Shown piece by piece: positions 1-22,755 of a stretch of DNA of 64,000 nt. The stretch lies in the NCBI RefSeq assembly GCF_009914755.1, contig NC_060939.1. One strand, written 5' to 3'. Below the pieces are notes generated by a model, which saw nothing but the letters and a program-made list of their open reading frames with translations, made no database searches and had not been told where the DNA came from. Source of the stretch: the human T2T-CHM13v2.0 reference genome, Homo sapiens. Positions within the stretch are counted from its first letter, which is position 1. The number at the start of each line of letters is the position of its first letter. The position numbers and the translations under genes are program-made.

Positions 1-7
1 ATGAATA

Positions 8-691
<684 letters not shown>

Positions 692-1312
692 CTATATAAC
701 CTTGGAATTGAAGATGAGGAGTCAGAGGCAGTGAAGATTAGAGAACAGGTAGGTGAGAGTAGTTGAGCAGGCTAATTGGATGGTTGAGAGGTTGCTATCT
801 AAGTAGTGATTTGGGAGGTGGCTTGGGGTATGACCAGGAGAGTGAGTGGCTGAGGTGACATGGAGGAGAAAGTCATGGAGGTGGAGAGGGGAGTGGCCAA
901 GAGGCCACATGTAGGATGAGAATGATCTAGGATGACAGCAGAATAGGGGCAAAGTAGAAGATGGAGAACAGGTATCCACCTCTCCACAGAAAAGGGCTGA
1001 GATGGCATCTCAAAGGCCCAGTTTGCTGATTATTTATAGACCAGAGAGGTCCACTAGATTTGCAAATGGGCCAGTATTTTTTTAACTTTTTATTTTGACA
1101 TAATTTCAGATTTACAGAAAAGCTGCAAGAATGGTGCACAGAATTCCCACATGCCTTTCACCTAGATGTTAACACTTCATGTTTGCTCTTTCATTCTCTC
1201 AATATATCCAAGTGTATTTTTTTCTAAACTGTTTTAGCATTAAGTTGCAGACATGATGCCCTTCTACTCCTAAATACTTCAGCGTGGACTTCCTAAAAAC
1301 AGGGACATTCTC

Positions 1313-1630
1313 TGCTTTGATCTGAATGCTTGTGGTTCCCCTAAATTCATACACTGAAATCCCAAGCCCCAAAGAGATAGTATTAGGAGGCAGGGGTTTG
1401 GGATTAGTGTCTTTATAATAGAGCACCTGAGAGCTGCCTTGCACCTTCCACCTTGCAAGGACACAGCAAAAAGGTGCCATCCATGGGAAAGTGGCCTTCA
1501 CCAGATACCAACACTGCTGGTGTCTTGATCTTGAACTTCCCAGCCTCCAGAACTGTAAGAAATAAATTTCTGTTGTTTAGAAGCCACCCAGTCCATGGTA
1601 TTTGGTTATTGCAGCCTGAATGGACTAAGA
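1313..1630 (+). mobile_element. MaLR solo LTR (MLT1A/B-like)
   Basis: TGCTTTGATCTGAATG...AATAAATTTCTGTTGTTTAGAAGCCACCCAGT...GGACTAAGA; 5-bp TSD TTCTC at 1308-1312 and 1631-1635. Confidence 0.8.
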
Positions 1631-1678
1631 TTCTCTTAATTAATCATGGTGCAATTATCAAAATCAAGAATTGAACAG

Positions 1679-1899
1679 AGCCGAGATTGTGCCACTGCAC
1701 TTCAGCCTGGGTGACACAGTGAGACTCCATCTCAAAAAAAATAAAAAATAAAAAATAAACAAAAATGGCCGGGTGCAGTGGCTCACGCCTGTAATCCCAG
1801 CACTCTGGGAGGCCGAGGCGGGCAAATCTTGAGGTCAGGAGATTGAGGCCATCCTGGCTAACACAGTGAAATCCCATCTCTACTAAATATACAAAAAAA
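1679..1899 (+). mobile_element. Composite Alu insert (3' end of one Alu + A tail + left monomer of another)
   Basis: Flanked by direct repeat AATTGAACAG (1669-1678, 1898-1907). Confidence 0.85.
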
Positions 1900-2264
1900 T
1901 TGAACAGTAACACCATTGGATAATCTATACGATTTAATCAAATATTGCCAATTGTAAGGGGCCAGTTTTTATGTATTACTTTCCACCCTGCTTCTTTTCC
2001 TTTCTCCTTTTATTCCTCTTCTCTTCCAGGCCTTTGAGAAACAGGGAACAGATTGGGAGAAAAGAGCTAACACTTTTGTGTTTGTTTTGAACTTTCTATT
2101 TTCAAATGATTGCAAATTCACAGGGAGCTTAAAAGAAACAATATATCTTTTATGTCAAAATTTGGGTTTTGAAATTTCACGTTTCATTGAGATAATTTAA
2201 ACCCATATTTTTCTAAGGCTATACTAATGATTTTGCATCCATTTAGCAAATACTTATGAAGCAT

Positions 2265-3053
<789 letters not shown>

Positions 3054-3069
3054 TATTCCCCCTTGTTGC

Positions 3070-4189
3070 TTTTGCAAGATGATAAAAGCAAAGGCAGCTT
3101 TATCACGGTGAGCTACTTCTCACAGGAATCGGAATCTGCATCTGCAGACTATACAGAGACAAACTACATGGATTAAAAGCACAATCATCATTGAAATCAC
3201 AGAGCTTCCAAGTATTTTTATCTATTTTAATGGGTTACTTGCTGCTAATCCGTTGGTAGCTCCTTCAAGCACTCCAGTTCCTGGTATTAAGGTCAGGTGT
3301 GCCTAGGATGCTTTAAATATTTGTTCTTTTAATTTTGCAATATCCAAAGACAAGTTTGTAGAGTGTCCTTCTAGATACTTTTTTATTCTTTCCCACATTT
3401 TGATCTTATTAAAAGCCATTAATAGTTTCCACAAATCCTTATGTTTAGCTCCTACAGTGGGCCATATCATTTGAGGCTGAGGTGGTACTATACCACCATG
3501 TTTCCAGATAATAGGAACTCTTGCTGTATTTCTTACCATTTCTACCATCTGACCATTTTGTTTAGACCAGCTGAACATAGTGTGGCTGTGGCATGCAGAC
3601 TGAGAAGTGCAATTCAAGCTAAACATCCCCTTATTACCAATCAATAATGATTCCATAGGAATCATTGTGCAGCGCCTCTGCCTGTTCTGCAATGCAATCT
3701 TCCCAAACAAGTACATTAATTATTTCTGGCCAGGTCCAATTCTGTTTACAAATAGGTTTTTGAGGGCGGTATGCCTCAATTATAGGAGCCAATTTATTAT
3801 GGTAAATACTGAGATCAGAAAGCATGTGTAACTATGTCATAGAGTGATTACATCCAGGCATTACTGCCAGCCAAGATTGATAAATATGCCCAATAAGTAT
3901 AATTGTTCTCTGTGTCAGTCCTTGTTGAAGGAATACTCATGGCAATGGTGATCACCGCTATCATAAAATTACTCATTGTGACTGGCTGTCCCGCTTTCCT
4001 CAGGTTTTCGTCCACCATCTGTGACAGCTTCTTGATCTGTCCCCAGGTAGGTGGCTCAGTTCAACAGGTGTTGCTCGTGACAGTTGGGGTCCTCCTCAGC
4101 ATCAGTCTTGACATGGCTGCAACCAGGGGATCCTCGGGATCCTCCCGGAATCTCTTCCTCGGCATCTGGCTCATGATAAGGTTTCAGGT

Positions 4190-4190
<1 letters not shown>
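3070..4190 (-). pseudogene. env: env remnant, internally deleted
   Basis: ORFs 3634-3825 and 3303-3716 (SU-like, then TM-like LSLDIAKLKEQIFKAS); only ~1.1 kb with stops; boundaries approximate. Confidence 0.8.
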
Positions 4191-7011
<2,821 letters not shown>

Positions 7012-7015
<4 letters not shown>

Positions 7016-7950
7016 AAATGATACACTAAACCTTGGCGGGAACTTTGTCTTTCCATTTGAAGCAGTTCCTTCAAACCTTGCAAATTTTTTTCTAGTCCCA
7101 TACCAAGGACATACCCCATTTCATGCATCATATGTTGACTTTGAGGGCTATATAATTGCTCTGGAATTAGAACTTGTGCTCCCCATTGTTGTAATCTCTT
7201 CCCCATAAATTTTTAGGTACAGAAGTTACAATTGATTGAATAGTCCCAGGTTGTCCATCGGGCCCTTCATAATGCAAAATATAACTACTTTGATATACTT
7301 CAGAGGCTTTACCACCTCCAACTATGTTAAATTGAGCGGGTTGAATTGGCCATGCAGATGGCCAGTGCCATAGAGAAATGATTGAAATGTCTGCTCCTGT
7401 ATCTATCAAACCTTTAAATTTCTTTCCCTGAGTAGTTATTTCACAGGTAGGACGTTCATCAGTAATTTGATTCACCCAAAAAGCTGCTTTGCCTTGTTTA
7501 TTTGTGCTTCCAAATCCTCCCGTTCGTTTAATTTCACTTTTCCCCATTTCCACATACGGCACAATCAGGAGCTGTGCTATGCTCTCTCCTGGCTCTGCTT
7601 TCCAGGGAACAGAAGTGGATATAACAATCTGAATTTCCCCATTGCTATCTGAATCAATGACTCCCATATGTACTTGCTGTCCTTTTAAATTTAAACTAGA
7701 TCTACCTAGAAGTAATCCTATCCTCCCTGCTGGCAAGGGTCCACAGACCCCTGTTGGAACTTTTTGCAGGGGTTCCCCAGGCAGACTCACAGCTTTTGTG
7801 CAGCACAAATCTACTGCGGCACTACCAGCTGTGGCGGGGGACAGACATTGTACAGGGGTGAAGGAGTGGCCTGAGCCAGAACTGCCCCAGGTTGGAACAC
7901 GGCCCGGGACAGGCCCCTCATGGCGTTTCCTAAATTGGGTTCCCATCTTT
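7012..7950 (-). pseudogene. pro: pro region: dUTPase, aspartic protease and G-patch
   Basis: ORF 7167-8075: AAVDL, GRSS, GVIDSD, IAQLL, RTGGFGST (dUTPase); LIDTGAD, LWGRD (protease); G-patch-like [13 protein letters not shown] in shifted frame 7012-7206. Confidence 0.92.
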
Positions 7951-8473
7951 ATCAAACTTAGAGTGACATTGATTAGCCCAATGTTTTCCTTTTTTACACT
8001 TCGGGCATAGACCTGGCTCATATTGATTAATAGCTTGTTTAAATTCTTTGAGTAATTTAAAAGGAAAAGGCTCAAATATAGCTATAATATTTCCCTATTG
8101 ATCTAGGGGGTGTATCCTAACAGGGAACTGCCAAGCCTCTATATCACCCTCTCATCTAGCTTGCTGAATTCCTGCCTGAATAGAACTGAGAGCGGTTGCT
8201 CAAGGAACTGCTTTAACAGTCACTGGGGCAACTACTTTTCACCCAGTGTCCTCTAGAAAAGAAAGATCTGGAGGGTCAGGCCACTCTTTTTCTTCAAAAT
8301 AATGAGGGGGTGCAGAAGGGTAGGGATGAACCTCTTCCTCCTTTGCCACTTTAGCTTTAGCTGGCAAACAAACCTGCTGTTACCTCTTCTGTTACTTCGT
8401 TATACTTTCCTTTCTTATCATTAGTGTGAAAAGGTTCCAAGGTGGAACAAACCAGAGCCCACACTTGTCCCAC
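7930..8473 (-). pseudogene. gag: gag remnant with most of capsid deleted
   Basis: GTG-GGA-CAA-GTG-TGG (decayed MGQVW start), AWQFPV capsid start, [14 protein letters not shown] zinc knuckle; in-frame stops. Confidence 0.85.
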
Positions 8474-8602
8474 TGTTACCCTGATGCTTCTGTGTTCCCT
8501 TTCTGACTCACCATGGGCATTGCTTAAGAGTACTCGGGTGTCCTCCAGCTTAATTCCACATTCTCCAACCGTCGCTCTGGCGACCCTTTGACCTGGGATA
8601 GA

Positions 8603-8621
8603 GCCCCATGTATGGGCACCA
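8603..8621 (-). other. Primer-binding site (tRNA-Lys-like, degenerate)
   Basis: TGGTGCCCATACATGGGGC 2 nt after the 5' LTR, vs Lys PBS TGGCGCCCAACGTGGGGC. Confidence 0.8.
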
Positions 8622-8623
8622 CT

Positions 8624-9133
8624 TACCGAGACCAGCTCGGTCGTGGAGACCCTAACCCAGCAGCGCTAGAGGAATTAAAGACACACACACATAAACATAG
8701 AGTGAGAAGTGGGAAATCAGGGGGCTGACAGCCTTCAGAGCTGAGAGCCCCGAACAGAGTTTGACCCATGTATTTATTGACAGCAAGCCAGTGATAAGCA
8801 TTGTTTCTACAGATTGTAGATTAACTAAAAGTATTCCTTATGGGAAACAAAGGGATGGGCCGGAAATAAAGGATGGGCTCTGGCTAGTTATCTGCAGCAG
8901 GAACATGTCCTTAAGGCACAGATCACTCATGCCATTGTTTGTGGCTTAGGAACGCCTTTAAGTGGTTTTCCGCCCTGGGTGGGCCAGGTTTTCCTTGCCT
9001 TTATTCCGGTAAACCCACAACCTTCAGTGTGGGCGTCATGGCCATCATGAGCATGTCACAGTGCTGCAGAGATTTTGTTTATGGCCAGTTTTGGGGCCAG
9101 TTTATGGCCAGATTTGGGGGCCTGTTCCCAACA
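8624..9133 (-). mobile_element. 5' LTR (MER9-type)
   Basis: Colinear with 2544-3053; about 43 mismatches in 510 bp by manual count (~8%). Confidence 0.92.
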
Positions 9134-9319
9134 CGTCTCAAACAACAACGAAAACCTTATGAAGCACTACCTTATGCCAGGCACTTTACTACACACTGGT
9201 GCTATAAATAGTGAGCAGGTAAACCTCTGTCTCAAACTCTACCAAACTGGAATTTCTTCCAGGTGGAGTAAACCAGTTCTCCTTAACAAACCTGTGAGCT
9301 ATCCAGGTAGTACTGTGTT

Positions 9320-10415
<1,096 letters not shown>

Positions 10416-12589
10416 TCAAAAGTTATTTGCTGGAAGGAAATAACACTTTCATGTGCTTCTAAGTTTGGCTCTTTATATGTGTTACCTTGATCATTCTCTC
10501 AAGCAGCACTGCCCTTAATCCCAAGCAACTGGAGCTCTTGGGCGGGGTGGGGGCCTTATTGGTCTTCCTCTGCCCAGAGTCCAGAGGATGTGCCCACCCA
10601 CCTTCCTTTAGATCATGCTCTAGGTACCTACTTAACCATCCTCAAATTTGCTTCCAGGGCCCAGATAGGCCTTTTCCTAGGTCCACCCTTCCTAGAGTGG
10701 ACCTGCTAGTATGTACAGCCCTAGACCCAAAGGGTGGCTACAGGGCAGCTTTGTGGGGGACTCATGGTGTGGATCTTCAGGCTGGGTGTCCACATGCAGG
10801 CATAGGAAGCCTGAGACCTCACACTGTAGGACTGAGTTGGGAATGGTAAGGGGCTTCCATTTGTACTTTTTCTCTGGACTCCTGTAAATATTAGTAGCTA
10901 TAATGTTGTTAAGATAAACAAGTACTATTGACAAGGTCTGAAGAACATTTAGTTCCATTACTGTAAACCTGTTTTTAACTGGATGTATTTTCTAGAATCA
11001 GTGTATCACTAGCTTCTCAGTGTATAGTGTCTAGTCAGTGAACCAGACGGATAAGATTTGCTCCTTAGTTAAGGAAGCCTGCACCAGGGTGAAAAACCGT
11101 TGTTGTTAATCTGAATGAATCTGTTCTTCTCTTCTTTTGCATATGTAACACTTATTAATGCAAATGGAAAACACAGATGATGCATTCGTGCAACAAGAGG
11201 AGACAAGAACCCTGAGGCATCAATGCCAGTGGGTAGACACACAGGCAATTCAGTAAGTACGTCTGGGATGCGCCAGTGGAGGCTCGGAGAGGCTAATGAG
11301 CTTGTTCTAGCTACCCAGACCCACAGATTCATGGCTGAATCCCAGAAGCAGCCTGGGAGATTTTGTGGGGAGATGAGGCAAAGTCATCTACTTCCTTGGC
11401 AAGGTAAAGGATTCCTTTCAGGAATCATCTTCTACCTCAAGCTGCCGTGTTTTAGTTAAACATCACAGCTCAGTATTGGGACAGAAATGTAGAAGGAAAA
11501 AAATGCTGAAGGGTCACAAGCAAGGAGCAGGTCTAGACAGCTGAGAGGAACCATTCTCCTCCAATAGCTCTGTTTCTTCAATAACTGGCCATGTAGACCC
11601 GTTCTACCCCCGAGGGCTGGGAGTCGAGTCAGGTTCCAGACTGAAATGCTCCCTGATCTTAGCATTCCTTCACTTGCCATCCCACAGGCACCTCAAATTT
11701 GGTGCGTCCAACTCTGAAGGGCTCATCATCACCCCATCATCCTTTTCCTGTGCTCCCTGTGTTAGTCAACTGCAGGATTAACTCCCCGCCCCCCAACCCC
11801 AGTCGCTCAAGCCTGAACATTCCTCAACAACGCCCACACCCCCTCAAATCCGGATATTTGGGCTTCCTAAATCTCTACCTCCTAATCTCTTTCACATGCG
11901 GTCCACTCCTTTCTGTCCCCATTGCCAAGGTTGGGCCACCACCACCTATCTTTGGGACAACTTACAGTCTTCTAAGGGGGGTCCTGCCTTCGGTCCGCCC
12001 CACCTGGCTCATCTCTTTTCAACAGTTTCTGCGGTCCTCACCTGCCCGAGACAGCAGTCTACAATGCGAACACAGTCATGTCCTTCCCCTTCAGCGGTTC
12101 CCCACTGCCCCCAATATGAAAAGGAGTTAGAAACCCCTGCCTTCCCACTCCCACCGAGCACCTTCGCCTTCTGAACTGGCCAGGGGCTCTGTTGCTTGCT
12201 CGTTGCTCTCAGACCCTTTGCGCAAGGTGCTCCCTCAACCCAAAATAGAATCTCGGCCCACCCTCTGTCGGTCTTCGCCCCACTGTCAGTTGTTCATTTA
12301 ACAAATATTCGCTGCTTTTGCCAGGCTATGCAATAAACGCTGGGGTTACGCAAGGGGAGCGCAAAACAAAACAAAACAGAGAACAAACAAAAACCACAAC
12401 TCCCAAAAGTCCATTAAGACCCCTAGCCACAGGGGGCTTACATCTGAGGGGTTACCGTCCCTTGGCACAAGGTGGAGTATGAAATCCGCCTCTGCCTTCC
12501 AGGCTTTTCCAGTGCCAAGACCTGCGGGGCCACCAATTGTGAGTCCCCTCCCGCACTGACTACTCCCTCAACAGGACAGGAGGGAAGCT

Positions 12590-13350
12590 GAACCTGTCGG
12601 GACACCGCGCTGGGCACGCTCAGGTCCCACCGCGCGTGCTCATCGGCGGTCCCTAGCGCGAGTTCGGACAGGCAGCGCCCCCCTCCGACTGTGAGCTGGG
12701 ACGCTCCCGCACGCTTCCCGGCACCCCTTCAGTCTTCATGGTACACCCCGCCCGCAGGTACCCGGACGGCGGAAGTGAGCCGCGGGGGCGGATCTTGTTG
12801 TTACGGGTAACGGAAGTGTGGCGGCGTTGGGTTGAGCGGGCTTTTTGGAAGTTTGTGGCGGAGGTGAGGCCGAGGTGACTGCAGAGCGGCTCGCGAGGTG
12901 CTCGGGCTGTGGGACTGGGCCCCTGGGAGGGAGCGGTTCTGTGGGGGAAAGGAGGCTCCTGTCCTGACTTGGCGTTCTGGTATTTTCTCTGGCGTGGAAA
13001 GTAGGCGCGCTCCGCTGTCTCCCGCCGCCTGCCTCAGCTTTCGCGGTTCCCTCCTAGGGGTGTGCCTCAGTCGGAGCCCCTTCTGTTAAATTCTTCCCCC
13101 TTGGCCGAGGGTGAGCTCTTACTTCTGAGAAATTTCCCTTAACCTTGCTTTGCATTTGTTGTCCGGTCGCGGTCTCCATCACCAGCTGCTTCGTGTTATA
13201 GTTTTTGTATTTGCGCTCACGGCTTGTTAACTGAAGAACCCGGAAGGGAAGGCCGCGGCGTTTCCCGCCGGCGGGGCTCTGCCATTCTCGGATCTTGGCT
13301 TCAGATCTCTGATGCTCCCCAGCGTCTCTTGGCAAGGAATCTACTTCGCG
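12590..13350 (+). promoter_or_regulatory. FANCI: FANCI CpG-island promoter
   Basis: CpG-dense with no obvious TATA box; two ETS/GABPA CGGAAGTG sites (~12770, 12811), GC box at ~12784, X-box-like 12797-12811, E2F-type TTTCCCGCC at 13261. Confidence 0.85.
12793..12863 (+). other. FANCI: FANCI exon 1 (non-coding; start approximate)
   Basis: Ends GCGGAG|GTGAGG donor inside the CpG island; contains no ATG. Confidence 0.8.
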
Positions 13351-13509
13351 TTCAGGGAATTCACAGCCACCCGCCTCTGGTCTTACCTCTGGTTTTAGGA
13401 TGATTTTAGCAAATGTGCCTAGGTTGATTTAAACGTATCCCCCTCCGAAGCCGCCTGCCCCTTCTGGCTGGACACCTTTTTAGGTTGGTGTGTCCTGTTT
13501 GCATCCGGT

Positions 13510-16000
<2,491 letters not shown>

Positions 16001-16470
16001 CTTCTCACTTGTTTTTATACCATTTAATTGGCACATAGCATTTATAGTGCTATTGGTTTATTCATTTATTTGTCAAATACTTTATTACATGCTTATGGTA
16101 ATATATAATGTATTACATACTTGATATGCTGTTAAATGGAAGCTTTGTTCTAGGTAGTATGGTGAGTAGATGGTAACAAGTGTGGGCAAAAATTATGAAA
16201 CCACTTGATTAGAATACAGATTCCTAATAAGGCAATTCCAGGGAATTTTCAGGATTATTTTGGTTAGGTTAAGAATCATCTTGCCACTGAGCTTAAGAAG
16301 AAGAAGAAAAAAGAATCAGCTACTTAAAGATAGTCCTAAGTTTGTTGAGCACCCATTGCATAATAGGTATGAAATATTCAGTTAACAGGGAAGGAAAACA
16401 AATCAAGTTTGTTTATTTCTGGAATCTTCACCCACCTCTGACGTTTTTCCCTTGTAGTTCTGTGATATGA

Positions 16471-16674
<204 letters not shown>

Positions 16675-18183
16675 TAGGAGACAAGGATTTATTTAATAAT
16701 AATTTATAGATGTAAAGAAATTGGGGTGAGGGAATGAGAGAAATAGACTACTTGAGGGCATTTGTGACCAAGTTTAAACCTGAAATAGTTTAAGAATAGA
16801 ATGCTTTTACAACTGTATTTATAAAAGCAATTAGTATACTTTTATGGTCCTCAGAACAATCCTATTTGATGATAATATCCAGACTATAGTTACTGATTGA
16901 GACATTAGTTTTGCATTTTGATGCTTCTCTGTATTTTTCCGTAAAGAAATTAAGTTTATAAGCGGCAAAATATTTTGAAATTATTAGTAAAAATTAGGGC
17001 CTCTGTTTTCACTATAAGTGTAGGATTATAAAATGGGATAGTAATTGCCTTATATGTTAGGCTGTTTCTTCTCCCTAATGTTCTTTCTCAGCTGATATAC
17101 TGCTCCTTTTTCCATAAGTGATCTCATCCTATCCAGGTCCCTGCCTGGAAAAGAATCCCTCTTCAAGGTATATGTACAAACAAGTAAAGACATTGAGTAT
17201 CATGGGATTTTTTTCCTTTTTCTGTCAATTGATGAGTATTATGTTTTTAAGGGAATTTCTTTGTGTTAATGTTGTAGTTATTGAAGGAAGGTGCATCTTA
17301 GTGTGTGTTATCTGACATACTAACTAGGAATTGATGCAGTGTTGCTCTTTGATTTTTTTTTCTTTGAAATTATCCAAGATTGCCTTTATAGCTATTTTTT
17401 GAGATGACTTGTTGCATGAGTTGTAACTTGAATCATTCTATAGACAAGATTTGATTGAAACTAGCATTTAAATTATTTATTTAAAGTTTCATGCCTCAAA
17501 TTGAAGGCGTGAACACTGTCAAATTGAAGACAGTGTTCCAGATGTTTTCTGACTCTAGGATAGAGTAATGCTAATATTTCCCTCATTTTTCCATTAATGC
17601 AAAATCAGCTTTTTGGCAGCAACATTATATTGTAGTCTCATTGCTCTTATATTTATTTTTGTATATGTTGATAAGTTGCTAAGTTTCCTTTATCTCTGAA
17701 GTCCTTTTAGAATCCATGTTAAAAACTATATATAGGCCAGGCATGGTGACTTACACCTGTAGTCCCAGCACTTTGGGAGGATTCCTTTAGGCCAGGAGTT
17801 CGAGATCAGCTTAGGCAACATAGTGAGACCCAGTTTCTAAAAACAACTACCAAAACAACAAACTTTATATCTGTTAACTGTCACCTTTTTTAGATTCATC
17901 TTGTTTTACTCCATCAAGATCATTTTGTATGATTCTGCTGACCGTATTAATCAGCTTTTTATCCTCTACAAATTTGTTAAGCATGTCAGTAATATATGCA
18001 GGCAGTTCATTTGATAAAATGTCCCACAGAAGATGAACTCAGAGTAAAAAATTATAAAACACATAAAGAAGTCCTGTGGCAAGAAAGACTCAAACAGAAA
18101 TGGGAAAATTCATATTCAAGGATTTAGAGCAATCTGAAAAAAATCTTTAATTATTTAACACAAATACTTAATACAGTATTTAA

Positions 18184-18300
<117 letters not shown>

Positions 18301-18479
18301 TGAGTAGCTGGGAGTACAAGCATGTGCCACCATGTCCGACTAATGTTTGTATTTTTAGCAGAGATGGGGTTTCGCCATGCTTTCCAGGCTGGTCTTGAAC
18401 TCCTGAGCTCAAGCAATCCACCCACCTCAGCCTCCCACAGTGCCGGGATTACACGTGTGAGCCACTCTGCCTGACCTAG

Positions 18480-22755
<4,276 letters not shown>

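Larger units (their letters stand above)
1075..1955 (-). mobile_element. Old L1 (L1MC-like) 3' fragment, interrupted by a MaLR LTR and an Alu-derived insert
   Basis: TTTTTATTTTGACATAATTTCAGATTTACAGAAAAGCTGCAAGAAT resembles an antisense L1MC 3' end; similarity resumes after the inserts. Confidence 0.6.

Noticed and set aside
10487-12174. Several 70-143 aa ORFs between the provirus and the promoter
   Set aside because: No recognisable domains or convincing exon structure; partly L2-like sequence
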